A stretch of DNA of 64,000 nucleotides from Auanema rhodensis. Lineage: Eukaryota; Animalia; Nematoda. Location: assembly GCA_964057225.1 (NCBI GenBank), contig OZ059896.1, forward strand, positions 5,146,001-5,210,000, in the 5' to 3' direction. Both the position numbers and the translations under genes were made by a program. Shown piece after piece: positions 45,001 through 59,824 of the stretch. The stretch's first letter is position 1. Each line of letters opens with the position of its first letter. The notes beneath the pieces were generated by a model. The model was not told the origin of the DNA. It ran no database searches and saw nothing but the letters and a program-made list of their open reading frames with translations.

Positions 45001-48000
45001 TAGAAATTTGTTTTTAGACTAATATGGACATGGGGAATCTAATTTTGAAAATCGCATCTCTTTATCTTTCACGTGAAGCGAGTTACATATGAAGTGCACA
45101 TCACGTGTACATTTAATTAGCATAAATTAAAGTTCACGTAAATTTCAAAGTCATGGTTACCATGCACCAATATTAATAAAAATTTGTTTTTAGATTAATA
45201 TGGACATGGGGAATCTAATTTTGAAAACCGCATCTCTTTATCTTTCACGTGAAGCGAGTTACATACCAAGTGCACATCACGTGTACATTTAATTAGCATA
45301 AATTAAAGTTCACGTAAATTTCAAAGTCATGGTTACCATGCACCAATATCAATAAAAATTCGTTTTTAGACTAATTTGGACATGGGGAATCTAATTTTGA
45401 AAACCGCATCTCTTTATCTTTCACGTGAAGCGAGTTACATACCGAGTGCACATCACGTGTACATTTAATTAGCATAAATTAAAGTTCACGTAAATTTCAA
45501 AGTCATGGTTACCATGCACCAATATCAATAAAAATTTGTTTTTAGACTAATATGGACATGGGGAATCTAATTTTGAAAATCGCATCTCTTTATCTTTCAC
45601 GTGAAGCGAGTTACATACCAAGTGCACATCACGTGTACATTTAATTAGCATAAATTAAAGTTCACGTAAATTTCAAAGTCATGGTTACCATGAACCAATA
45701 TCAATAAAAATTTGTTTTTAGACTAATATGGACATGGGGAATCTAATTTCGAAAATCGCATCTCTTTATCTTTCACGTGAAGCGAGTTACATATAAAGTG
45801 CACATCACGTGTACATTTAATTAGCATAAATTAAAGTTCACGTAAATTTCAAAGTCATGGTTACCATGCACCAATATTAATAAAAATTTGTTTTTAGATT
45901 AATTTGGACATGGGGAATCTAATTTTGAAAACCGCATCTCTTTATCTTTCACGTGAAGCGAGTTACATACCGAGTGCACATCACGTGTACATTTAATTAG
46001 CATAAATTAAAGTTCACGTAAATTTCAAAGTCATGGTTACCATGAACCAATATCAATAAAAATTTGTTTTTAGACTAATATGGACATGGGGAATCTAATT
46101 TTGGAAACCGCATCTCTTTATTTTTCACGTGAAGCGAGTTACATACCAAGTGCACATCACGTGTACATTTAATTAGCATAAATTAAAGTTCACGTAAATT
46201 TCAAAGTCATGGTTACCATGCACCAATATCAATAAAAATTTGTTTTTAGACTAATATGGACATGGGGAATCTAATTTTGAAAATCGCATCTCTTTATCTT
46301 TCACGTGAAGCGAGTTACATACCAAGTGCACATCACGTGTACACTTAATTAGCATAAATTAAAGTTCACGTAAATTTCAAAGTCATGGTTACCATGAACC
46401 AATATCAATAAAAATTTGTTTTTAGACTAATATGGACATGGGGAATCTAATTTTGAAAATCGCATCTCTTTATCTTTCACGTGAAGCGAGTTACATACCA
46501 AGTGCACATCACGTGTACATTTAATTAGCATAAATTAAAGTTCACGTAAATTTCAAAGTCATGGTTACCATGCACCAATATCAATAAAAATTTGTTTTTA
46601 GACTAATATGGACATGGGGAATCTAATTTTGAAAATCGCATCTCTTTATCTTTCACGTGAAGCGAGTTACATACCAAGTGCACATCACGTGTACATTTAA
46701 TTAGCATAAATTAAAGTTCACGTAAATTTCAAAGTCATGGTTACCATGAACCAATATCAATAAAAATTTGTTTTTAGACTAATATGGACATGGGGAATCT
46801 AATTTTGAAAATCGCATCTCTTTATCTTTCACGTGAAGCGAGTTACATATAAAGTGCACATCACGTGTACATTTAATTAGCATAAATTAAAGTTCACGTA
46901 AATTTCAAAGTCATGGTTACCATGCACCAATATTAATAAAAATTTGTTTTTAGATTAATATGGACATGGGGAATCTAATTTTGAAAACCGCATCTCTTTA
47001 TCTTTCACGTGAAGCGAGTTACATACCAAGTGCACATCACGTGTACATTTAATTAGCATAAATTAAAGTTCACGTAAATTTCAAAGTCATGGTTACCATG
47101 CACCAATATCAATAAAAATTCGTTTTTAGACTAATTTGGACATGGGGAATCTAATTTTGAAAACCGCATCTCTTTATCTTTCACGTGAAGCGAGTTACAT
47201 ACCGAGTGCACATCACGTGTACATTTAATTAGCATAAATTAAAGTTCACGTAAATTTCAAAGTCATGGTTACCATGAACCAATATCAATAAAAATTTATT
47301 TTTAGACTAATATGGACATGGGGAATCTAATTTTGGAAACCGCATCTCTTTATTTTTCACGTGAAGCGAGTTACATACCAAGTGCACATCACGTGTACAT
47401 TTAATTAGCATAAATTAAAGTTCACGTAAATTTCAAAGTCATGGTTACCATGCACCAATATCAATAAAAATTTGTTTTTAGACTAATATGGACATGGGGA
47501 ATCCAATTTTGAAAATCGCATCTCTTTATCTTTCACGTGAAGCGAGTTACATACCAAGTGCACATCACGTGTACATTTAATTAGCATAAATTAAAGTTCA
47601 CGTAAATTTCAAAGTCATGGTTACCATGAACCAATATCAATAAAAATTTGTTTTTAGACTAATATGGACATGGGGAATCTAATTTTGAAAATCGCATCTC
47701 TTTATCTTTCACGTGAAGCGAGTTACATATAAAGTGCACATCACGTGTACATTTAATTAGCATAAATTAAAGTTCACGTAAATTTCAAAGTCATGGTTAC
47801 CATGCACCAATATTAATAAAAATTTGTTTTTAGATTAATATGGACATGGGGAATTTAATTTTGAAAACCGCATCTCTTTATCTTTCACGTGAAGCGAGTT
47901 ACATACCAAGTGCACATCACGTGTACACTTAATTAGCATAAATTAAAGTTCACGTAAATTTCAAAGTCATGGTTACCATGAACCAATATCAATAAAAATT

Positions 48001-51000
48001 TGTTTTTAGACTAATATAGACATGGGGAATCTAATTTTGGAAACCGCATCTCTTTATTTTTCACGTGAAGCGAGTTACATACCAAGTGCACATCACGTGT
48101 ACATTTAATTAGCATAAATTAAAGTTCACGTAAATTTCAAAGTCATGGTTACCATGCACCAATATCAATAAAAATTTGTTTTTAGACTAATATGGACATG
48201 GGGAATCTAATTTTGAAAATCGCATCTCTTTATCTTTCACGTGAAGCGAGTTACATACCAAGTGCACATCACGTGTACATTTAATTAGCATAAATTAAAG
48301 TTCACGTAAATTTCAAAGTCATGGTTACCATGAACCAATATCAATAAAAATTTGTTTTTAGACTAATATGGACATGGGGAATCTAATTTTGAAAATCGCA
48401 TCTCTTTATCTTTCACGTGAAGCGAGTTACATATAAAGTGCACATCACGTGTACATTTAATTAGCATAAATTAAAGTTCACGTAAATTTCAAAGTCATGG
48501 TTACCATGCACCAATATCAATAAAAATTTGTTTTTAGACTAATATGGACATGGGGAATCTAATTTTGAAAATCGCATCTCTTTATCTTTCACGTGAAGCG
48601 AGTTACATACCAAGTGCACATCACGTGTACATTTAATTAGCATAAATTAAAGTTCACGTAAATTTCAAAGTCATGGTTACCATGAACCAATATCAATAAA
48701 AATTTGTTTTTAGACTAATATGGACATGGGGAATCTAATTGTGAAAATCGCATCTCTTTATCTTTCACGTGAAGCGAGTTACATATAAAGTGCACATCAC
48801 GTGTACATTTAATTAGCATAAATTAAAGTTCACGTAAATTTCAAAGTAATGGTTACCATGCACCAATATTAATAAAAATTTGTTTTTAGATTAATATGGA
48901 CATGGGGAATCTAATTTTGAAAACCGCATCTCTTTATCTTTCACGTGAAGCGAGTTACATACCAAGTGCACATCACGTGTACACTTAATTAGCATAAATT
49001 AAAGTTCACGTAAATTTCAAAGTCATGGTTACCATGAACCAATATCAATAAAAATTTGTTTTTAGACTAATATGGACATGGGGAATCTAATTTTGAAAAT
49101 CGCATCTCTTTATCTTTCACGTGAAGCGAGTTACATATAAAGTGCACATCACGTGTACATTTAATTAGCATAAATTAAAGTTCACGTAAATTTCAAAGTC
49201 ATGGTTACCATGCACCAATATTAATAAAAATTTGTTTTTAGATTAATATGGACATGGGGAATTTAATTTTGAAAACCGCATCTCTTTATCTTTCACGTGA
49301 AGCGAGTTACATACCAAGTGCACATCACGTGTACATTTAATTAGCATAAATTAAAGTTCACGTAAATTTCAAAGTCATGGTTACCATGAACCAATATCAA
49401 TAAAAATTTGTTTTTAGACTAATATGGACATGGGGAATCTAATTTTGGAAACCGCATCTCTTTATTTTTCACGTGAAGCGAGTTACATACCAAGTGCACA
49501 TCACGTGTACATTTAATTAGCATAAATTAAAGTTCACGTAAATTTCAAAGTCATGGTTACCATGCACCAATATCAATAAAAATTTGTTTTTAGACTAATA
49601 TGGACATGGGGAATCTAATTTTGAAAATCGCATCTCTTTATCTTTCACGTGAAGCGAGTTACATACCAAGTGCACATCACGTGTACATTTAATTAGCATA
49701 AATTAAAGTTCACGTAAATTTCAAAGTCATGGTTACCATGAACCAATATCAATAAAAATTTGTTTTTAGACTAATATGGACATGGGGAATCTAATTTTGG
49801 AAACCGCATCTCTTTATTTTTCACGTGAAGCGAGTTACATACCAAGTGCACATCACGTGTACATTTAATTAGCATAAATTAAAGTTCACGTAAATTTCAA
49901 AGTCATGGTTACCATGCACCAATATCAATAAAAATTTGTTTTTAGACTAATATGGACATGGGGAATCTAATTTTAAAAATCGCATCTCTTTATCTTTCAC
50001 GTGAAGCGAGTTACATACCAAGTGCACATCACGTGTACATTTAATTAGCATAAATTAAAGTTCACGTAAATTTCAAAGTCATGGTTACCATGAACCAATA
50101 TCAATAAAAATTTGTTTTTAGACTAATATGGACATGGGGAATCTAATTTTGAAAATCGCATCTCTTTATCTTTCACGTGAAGCGAGTTACATATAAAGTG
50201 CACATCACGTGTACATTTAATTAGCATAAATTAAAGTTCACGTAAATTTCAAAGTCATGGTTACCATGCACCAATATTAATAAAAATTTGTTTTTAGATT
50301 AATATGGACATGGGGAATCTAATTTTGAAAACCGCATCTCTTTATCTTTCACGTGAAGCGAGTTACATACCAAGTGCACATCACGTGTACACTTAATTAG
50401 CATAAATTAAAGTTCACGTAAATTTCAAAGTCATGGTTACCATGCACCAATATCAATAAAAATTTGTTTTTAGACTAATATGGACATGGGGAATCTAATT
50501 TTGAAAATCGCATCTCTTTATCTTTCACGTGAAGCGAGTTACATACCAAGTGCACATCACGTGTACATTTAATTAGCATAAATTAAAGTTCACGTAAATT
50601 TCAAAGTCATGGTTACCATGAACCAATATCAATAAAAATTTGTTTTTAGACTAATATGGACATGGGGAATCTAATTTTGAAAATCGCATCTCTTTATCTT
50701 TCACGTGAAGCGAGTTACATATAAAGTGCACATCACGTGTACATTTAATTAGCATAAATTAAAGTTCACGTAAATTTCAAAGTCATGGTTACCATGCACC
50801 AATATCAATAAAAATTGGTTTTTAGACTAATATGGACATGGGGAATCTAATTTTGAAAACCGCATCTCTTTATCTTTCACGTGAAGCGAGTTACATACCG
50901 AGTGCACATCACGTGTACATTTAATTAGCATAAATTAAAGTTCACGTAAATTTCAAAGTCATGGTTACCATGAACCAATATCAATAAAAATTTGTTTTTA

Positions 51001-54000
51001 GACTAATATAGACATGGGGAATCTAATTTTGGAAACCGCATCTCTTTATTTTTCACGTGAAGCGAGTTACATACCAAGTGCACATCACGTGTACATTTAA
51101 TTAGCATAAATTAAAGTTCACGTAAATTTCAAAGTCATGGTAACCATGCACCAATATCAATAAAAATTTGTTTTTAGACTAATATGGACATGGGGAATCT
51201 AATTTTGAAAATCGCATCTCTTTATCTTTCACGTGAAGCGAGTTACATACCAAGTGCACATCACGTGTACATTTAATTAGCATAAATTAAAGTTCACGTA
51301 AATTTCAAAGTCATGGTTACCATGAACCAATATCAATAAAAATTTGTTTTTAGACTAATATGGACATGGGGAATCTAATTTTGAAAATCGCATCTCTTTA
51401 TCTTTCACGTGAAGCGAGTTACATATAAAGTGCACATCACGTGTACATTTAATTAGCATAAATTAAAGTTCACGTAAATTTCAAAGTCATGGTTACCATG
51501 CACCAATATTAATAAAAATTTGTTTTTAGATTAATATGGACATGGGGAATCTAATTTTGAAAACCGCATCTCTTTATCTTTCACGTGAAGCGAGTTACAT
51601 ACCGAGTGCACATCACGTGTACATTTAATTAGCATAAATTAAAGTTCACGTAAATTTCAAAGTCATGGTTACCATGAACCAATATCAATAAAAATTTGTT
51701 TTTAGACTAATATGGACATGGGGAATCTAATTTTGGAAACCGCATCTCTTTATTTTTCACGTGAAGCGAGTTACATACCAAGTGCACATCACGTGTACAT
51801 TTAATTAGCATAAATTAAAGTTCACGTAAATTTCAAAGTCATGGTTACCATGCACCAATATCAATAAAAATTTGTTTTTAGACTAATATGGACATGGGGA
51901 ATCTAATTTTGAAAATCGCATCTCTTTATCTTTCACGTGAAGCGAGTTACATACCAAGTGCACATCACGTGTACATTTAATTAGCATAAATTAAAGTTCA
52001 CGTAAATTTCAAAGTCATGGTTACCATGAACCAATATCAATAAAAATTTGTTTTTAGACTAATATGGACATGGGGAATCTAATTTTGAAAACCGCATCTC
52101 TTTATCTTTCACGTGAAGCGAGTTACATACCAAGTGCACATCACGTGTACATTTAATTAGCATAAATTAAAGTTCACGTAAAATTCAAAGTCATGGTTAC
52201 GATGAACCAATATCAATAAAAATTTGTTTTTAGACTAATATGGACATGGGGAATCTAATTTTGAAAATCGCATCTCTTTATCTTTCACGTGAAGCGAGTT
52301 ACATACCAAGTGCACATCACGTGTACACTTAATTAGCATAAATTAAAGTTCACGTAAATTTCAAAGTCATGGTTACCATGAACCAATATCAATAAAAATT
52401 TGTTTTTAGACTAATATGGACATGGGGAATCTAATTTTGAAAATCGCATCTCTTTATCTTTCACGTGAAGCGAGTTACATATAAAGTGCACATCACGTGT
52501 ACATTTAATTAGCATAAATTAAAGTTCACGTAAATTTCAAAGTCATGGTTACCATGCACCAATATTAATAAAAATTTGTTTTTAGATTAATATGGACATG
52601 GGGAATTTAATTTTGAAAACCGCATCTCTTTATCTTTCACGTGAAGCGAGTTACATACCAAGTGCACATCACGTGTACATTTAATTAGCATAAATTAAAG
52701 TTCACGTAAATTTCAAAGTCATGGTTACCATGAACCAATATCAATAAAAATTTGTTTTTAGACTAATATGGACATGGGGAATCTAATTTTGGAAACCGCA
52801 TCTCTTTATTTTTCACGTGAAGCGAGTTACATACCAAGTGCACATCACGTGTACATTTAATTAGCATAAATTAAAGTTCACGTAAATTTCAAAGTCATGG
52901 TTACCATGCACCAATATCAATAAAAATTTGTTTTTAGACTAATATGGACATGGGGAATCTAATTTTGAAAATCGCATCTCTTTATCTTTCACGTGAAGCG
53001 AGTTACATACCAAGTGCACATCACGTGTACATTTAATTAGCATAAATTAAAGTTCACGTAAATTTCAAAGTCATGGTTACCATGAACCAATATCAATAAA
53101 AATTTGTTTTTAGACTAATATGGACATGGGGAATCTAATTTTGAAAATCGCATCTCTTTATCTTTCACGTGAAGCGAGTTACATATAAAGTGCACATCAC
53201 GTGTACATTTAATTAGCATAAATTAAAGTTCACGTAAATTTCAAAGTCATGGTTACCATGCACCAATATTAATAAAAATTTGTTTTTAGATTAATATGGA
53301 CATGGGGAATCTAATTTTGAAAACCGCATCTCTTTATCTTTCACGTGAAGCGAGTTACATACCAAGTGCACATCACGTGTACACTTAATTAGCATAAATT
53401 AAAGTTCACGTAAATTTCAAAGTCATGGTTACCATGCACCAATATCAATAAAAATTGGTTTTTAGACTAATATGGACATGGGGAATCTAATTTTGAAAAC
53501 CGCATCTCTTTATCTTTCACGTGAAGCGAGTTACATACCAAGTGCACATCACGTGTACATTTAATTAGCATAAATTAAAGTTCACGTAAATTTCAAAGTC
53601 ATGGTTACCATGCACCAATATCAATAAAAATTCGTTTTTAGACTAATTTGGACATGGGGAATCTAATTTTGAAAACCGCATCTCTTTATCTTTCACGTGA
53701 AGCGAGTTACATACCGAGTGCACATCACGTATACATTTAATTAGCATAAATTAAAGTTCACGTAAATTTCAAAGTCATGGTTACCATGCACCAATATCAA
53801 TAAAAATTTGTTTTTAGACTAATATGGACATGGGGAATCTAATTTTGAAAATCGCATCTCTTTATCTTTCACGTGAAGCGAGTTACATACCAAGTGCACA
53901 TCACGTGTACATTTAATTAGCATAAATTAAAGTTCACGTAAATTTCAAAGTCATGGTTACCATGAACCAATATCAATAAAAATTTGTTTTTAGACTAATA

Positions 54001-57000
54001 TGGACATGGGGAATCTAATTTTGAAAATCGCATCTCTTTATCTTTCACGTGAAGCGAGTTACATATAAAGTGCACATCACGTGTACATTTAATTAGCATA
54101 AATTAAAGTTCACGTAAATTTCAAAGTCATGGTTACCATGCACCAATATTAATAAAAATTTGTTTTTAGATTAATATGGACATGGGGAATCTAATTTTGA
54201 AAACCGCATCTCTTTATCTTTCACGTGAAGCGAGTTACATACCAAGTGCACATCACGTGTACATTTAATTAGCATAAATTAAAGTTCACGTAAATTTCAA
54301 AGTCATGGTTACCATGCACCAATATCAATAAAAATTCGTTTTTAGACTAATTTGGACATGGGGAATCTAATTTTGAAAACCGCATCTCTTTATCTTTCAC
54401 GTGAAGCGAGTTACATACCGAGTGCACATCACGTGTACATTTAATTAGCATAAATTAAAGTTCACGTAAATTTCAAAGTCATGGTTACCATGAACCAATA
54501 TCAATAAAAATTTGTTTTTAGACTAATATGGACATGGGGAATCTAATTTTGGAAACCGCATCTCTTTATTTTTCACGTGAAGCGAGTTACATACCAAGTG
54601 CACATCACGTGTACATTTAAATAGCATAAATTAAAGTTCACGTAAATTTCAAAGTCATGGTTACCATGCACCAATATCAATAAAAATTTGTTTTTAGACT
54701 AATATGGACATGGGGAATCTAATTTTGAAAATTGCATCTCTTTATCTTTCACGTGAAGCGAGTTACATACCAAGTGCACATCACGTGTACATTTAATTAG
54801 CATAAATTAAAGTTCACGTAAATTTCAAAGTCATGGTTACCATGAACCAATATCAATAAAAATTTGTTTTTAGACTAATATGGACATGGGGAATCTAATT
54901 TTGAAAATCGCATCTCTTTATCTTTCACGTGAAGGGAGTTACATATAAAGTGCACATCACGTGTACATTTAATTAGCATAAATTAAAGTTCACGTAAATT
55001 TCAAAGTCATGGTTACCATGCACCAATATTAATAAAAATATGTTTTTAGATTAATATGGACATGGGGAATCTAATTTTGAAAACCGCATCTCTTTATCTT
55101 TCACGTGAAGCGAGTTACATACCAAGTGCACATCACGTGTACACTTAATTAGCATAAATTAAAGTTCACGTAAATTTCAAAGTCATGGTTACCATGCACC
55201 AATATCAATAAAAATTGGTTTTTAGACTAATATGGACATGGGGAATCTAATTTTGAAAACCGCATCTCTTTATCTTTCACGTGAAGCGAGTTAAATACCA
55301 AGTGCACATCACGTGTACATTTAATTAGCATAAATTAAAGTTCACGTAAATTTCAAAGTCATGGTTACCATGCACCAATATCAATAAAAATTTGTTTTTA
55401 GACTAATTTGGACATGGGGAATCTAATTTTGAAAACCGCATCTCTTTATCTTTCAAGTGAAGCGAGTTACATACCAAGTGCACATCACGTGTACATTTAA
55501 TTAGCATAAATTAAAGTTCACGTAAATTTCAAAGTCATGGTTACCATGCACCAATATCAATAAAAATTCGTTTTTAGACTAATTTGGACATGGGGAATCT
55601 AATTTTGAAAATCGCATCTCTTTATCTTTCACGTGAAGCGAGTTACATATAAAGTGCACATCACGTGTACATTTAATTAGCATAAATTAAAGTTCACGTA
55701 AATTTCAAAGTCATGGTTACCATGCACCAATATTAATAAAAATTTGTTTTTAGATTAATATGGACATGGGGAATCTAATTTTGAAAATTGCATCTCTTTA
55801 TCTTTCACGTGAAGCGAGTTACATACCAAGTGCACATCACGTGTACATTTAATTAGCATAAATTAAAGTTCACGTAAATTTCAAAGTCATGGTTACCATG
55901 AACCAATATCAATAAAAATTTGTTTTTAGACTAATATGGACATGGGGAATCTAATTTTGAAAATCGCATCTCTTTATCTTTCACGTGAAGGGAGTTACAT
56001 ATAAAGTGCACATCACGTGTACATTTAATTAGCATAAATTAAAGTTCACGTAAATTTCAAAGTCATGGTTACCATGCACCAATATTAATAAAAATATGTT
56101 TTTAGATTAATATGGACATGGGGAATCTAATTTTGAAAACCGCATCTCTTTATCTTTCACGTGAAGCGAGTTACATACCAAGTGCACATCACGTGTACAC
56201 TTAATTAGCATAAATTAAAGTTCACGTAAATTTCAAAGTCATGGTTACCATGCACCAATATCAATAAAAATTGGTTTTTAGACTAATTTGGACATGGGGA
56301 ATCTAATTTTGAAAACCGCATCTCTTTATCTTTCACGTGAAGCGAGTTACATACCGAGTGCACATCACGTATACATTTAATTAGCATAAATTAAAGTTCA
56401 CGTAAATTTCAAAGTCATGGTTACCATGCACCAATATCAATAAAAATTTGTTTTTAGACTAATATGGACATGGGGAATCTAATTTTGAAAATCGCATCTC
56501 TTTATCTTTCACGTGAAGCGAGTTACATACCAAGTGCACATCACGTGTACATTTAATTAGCATAAATTAAAGTTCACGTAAATTTCAAAGTCATGGTTAC
56601 CATGAACCAATATCAATAAAAATTTGTTTTTAGACTAATATGGACATGGGGAATCTAATTTTGAAAATCGCATCTCTTTATCTTTCACGTGAAGCGAGTT
56701 ACATATAAAGTGCACATCACGTGTACATTTAATTAGCATAAATTAAAGTTCACGTAAATTTCAAAGTCATGGTTACCATGCACCAATATTAATAAAAATT
56801 TGTTTTTAGATTAATATGGACATGGGGAATCTAATTTTGAAAACCGCATCTCTTTATCTTTCACGTGAAGCGAGTTACATACCAAGTGCACATCACGTGT
56901 ACATTTAATTAGCATAAATTAAAGTTCACGTAAATTTCAAAGTCATGGTTACCATGCACCAATATCAATAAAAATTCGTTTTTAGACTAATTTGGACATG

Positions 57001-59561
57001 GGGAATCTAATTTTGAAAACCGCATCTCTTTATCTTTCACGTGAAGCGAGTTACATACCGAGTGCACATCACGTGTACATTTAATTAGCATAAATTAAAG
57101 TTCACGTAAATTTCAAAGTCATGGTTACCATGAACCAATATCAATAAAAATTTGTTTTTAGACTAATATGGACATGGGGAATCTAATTTTGGAAACCGCA
57201 TCTCTTTATTTTTCACGTGAAGCGAGTTACATACCAAGTGCACATCACGTGTACATTTAAATAGCATAAATTAAAGTTCACGTAAATTTCAAAGTCATGG
57301 TTACCATGCACCAATATCAATAAAAATTTGTTTTTAGACTAATATGGACATGGGGAATCTAATTTTGAAAATTGCATCTCTTTATCTTTCACGTGAAGCG
57401 AGTTACATACCAAGTGCACATCACGTGTACATTTAATTAGCATAAATTAAAGTTCACGTAAATTTCAAAGTCATGGTTACCATGAACCAATATCAATAAA
57501 AATTTGTTTTTAGACTAATATGGACATGGGGAATCTAATTTTGAAAATCGCATCTCTTTATCTTTCACGTGAAGGGAGTTACATATAAAGTGCACATCAC
57601 GTGTACATTTAATTAGCATAAATTAAAGTTCACGTAAATTTCAAAGTCATGGTTACCATGCACCAATATTAATAAAAATATGTTTTTAGATTAATATGGA
57701 CATGGGGAATCTAATTTTGAAAACCGCATCTCTTTATCTTTCACGTGAAGCGAGTTACATACCAAGTGCACATCACGTGTACACTTAATTAGCATAAATT
57801 AAAGTTCACGTAAATTTCAAAGTCATGGTTACCATGCACCAATATCAATAAAAATTGGTTTTTAGACTAATATGGACATGGGGAATCTAATTTTGAAAAC
57901 CGCATCTCTTTATCTTTCACGTGAAGCGAGTTAAATACCAAGTGCACATCACGTGTACATTTAATTAGCATAAATTAAAGTTCACGTAAATTTCAAAGTC
58001 ATGGTTACCATGCACCAATATCAATAAAAATTTGTTTTTAGACTAATTTGGACATGGGGAATCTAATTTTGAAAACCGCATCTCTTTATCTTTCAAGTGA
58101 AGCGAGTTACATACCAAGTGCACATCACGTGTACATTTAATTAGCATAAATTAAAGTTCACGTAAATTTCAAAGTCATGGTTACCATGCACCAATATCAA
58201 TAAAAATTCGTTTTTAGACTAATTTGGACATGGGGAATCTAATTTTGAAAATCGCATCTCTTTATCTTTCACGTGAAGCGAGTTACATATAAAGTGCACA
58301 TCACGTGTACATTTAATTAGCATAAATTAAAGTTCACGTAAATTTCAAAGTCATGGTTACCATGCACCAATATTAATAAAAATTTGTTTTTAGATTAATA
58401 TGGACATGGGGAATCTAATTTTGAAAATTGCATCTCTTTATCTTTCACGTGAAGCGAGTTACATACCAAGTGCACATCACGTGTACATTTAATTAGCATA
58501 AATTAAAGTTCACGTAAATTTCAAAGTCATGGTTACCATGAACCAATATCAATAAAAATTTGTTTTTAGACTAATATGGACATGGGGAATCTAATTTTGA
58601 AAATCGCATCTCTTTATCTTTCACGTGAAGGGAGTTACATATAAAGTGCACATCACGTGTACATTTAATTAGCATAAATTAAAGTTCACGTAAATTTCAA
58701 AGTCATGGTTACCATGCACCAATATTAATAAAAATATGTTTTTAGATTAATATGGACATGGGGAATCTAATTTTGAAAACCGCATCTCTTTATCTTTCAC
58801 GTGAAGCGAGTTACATACCAAGTGCACATCACGTGTACACTTAATTAGCATAAATTAAAGTTCACGTAAATTTCAAAGTCATGGTTACCATGCACCAATA
58901 TCAATAAAAATTGGTTTTTAGACTAATATGGACATGGGGAATCTAATTTTGAAAACCGCATCTCTTTATCTTTCACGTGAAGCGAGTTAAATACCAAGTG
59001 CACATCACGTGTACATTTAATTAGCATAAATTAAAGTTCACGTAAATTTCAAAGTCATGGTTACCATGCACCAATATCAATAAAAATTTGTTTTTAGACT
59101 AATTTGGACATGGGGAATCTAATTTTGAAAACCGCATCTCTTTATCTTTCAAGTGAAGCGAGTTACATACCAAGTGCACATCACGTGTACATTTAATTAG
59201 CATAAATTAAAGTTCACGTAAATTTCAAAGTCATGGTTACCATGCACCAATATCAATAAAAATTTGTTTTTAGACTAATTTGGACATGGGGAATCTAATT
59301 TTGAAAATCGCATCTCTTTATCTTTCACGTGAAGCGAGTTACATATAAAGTGCACATCACGTGTACATTTAATTAGCATAAATTAAAGTTCACGTAAATT
59401 TCAAAGTCATGGTTACCATGCACCAATATTAATAAAAATTTGTTTTTAGATTAATATGGACATGGGGAATCTAATTTTGAAAACCGCATCTCTTTATCTT
59501 TCACGTGAAGCGAGTTACATACCAAGTGCACATCACGTGTACACTTAATTAGCATAAATTA
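1..59561. repeat. 176-bp tandem satellite array (~338 head-to-tail monomers), centromeric/pericentromeric-type; continues off the left edge
   Basis: Monomer ATCTCTTTATCTTTCACGTGAAGCGAGTTACATACCAAGTGCACATCACGTGTACATTTAATTAGCATAAATTAAAGTTCACGTAAATTTCAAAGTCATGGTTACCATG(A/C)ACCAATATCAATAAAAATTTGTTTTTAGACTAATATGGACATGGGGAATCTAATTTTGAAAA(C/T)CGC. The register recurs at 1, 2641, 5281, 7921, 10561 and 13201 (15x176), then shifted by 1 nt at 15841...58081. Monomers differ by only a few substitutions. The centromeric role is inference from unit length and homogeneity. Confidence 0.98.
59555..59561. repeat. Target-site duplication TAAATTA, left copy
   Basis: Satellite reads AGCA-TAAATTA|GTCAAGG; the same 7-mer reappears at 60648-60654. 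Confidence 0.85.
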
Positions 59562-59568
59562 GTCAAGG

Positions 59569-59600
59569 TTTATTGTTCTTTATCACAGGTTATAACAATA
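59569..59600 (-). promoter_or_regulatory. LINE 3'-terminal stem-loop (loop AACCUGUG) overlapping AATAAA (copy 1)
   Basis: Sense UAUUG-UUAU-AACCUGUG-AUAA-AGAA-CAAUA-AA; the same loop occurs in element 2. Confidence 0.7.
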
Positions 59601-59824
59601 GCAGTTTTGAAAGAAGAAAGTGAATAAAAAAAGTTCCTTACAATATGAACATGATTATATAAATTGATTGACATGAAAACATTAATTGTATAGAGATAAG
59701 AATAATTATTGAATCAATTATGTCAGTTGAAAATATATATTCTAAACAAGTAAATCTATGTGTCATAGTTGTCAACCCATCCTTGACAAACAAGGGATTT
59801 GTTCAGTTCAAAAAATATGACCTG

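Noticed and set aside
1-59561. CRISPR array or repeat-spacer system
   Set aside because: Whole units repeat with no unique spacers and no cas genes; the context is eukaryotic.
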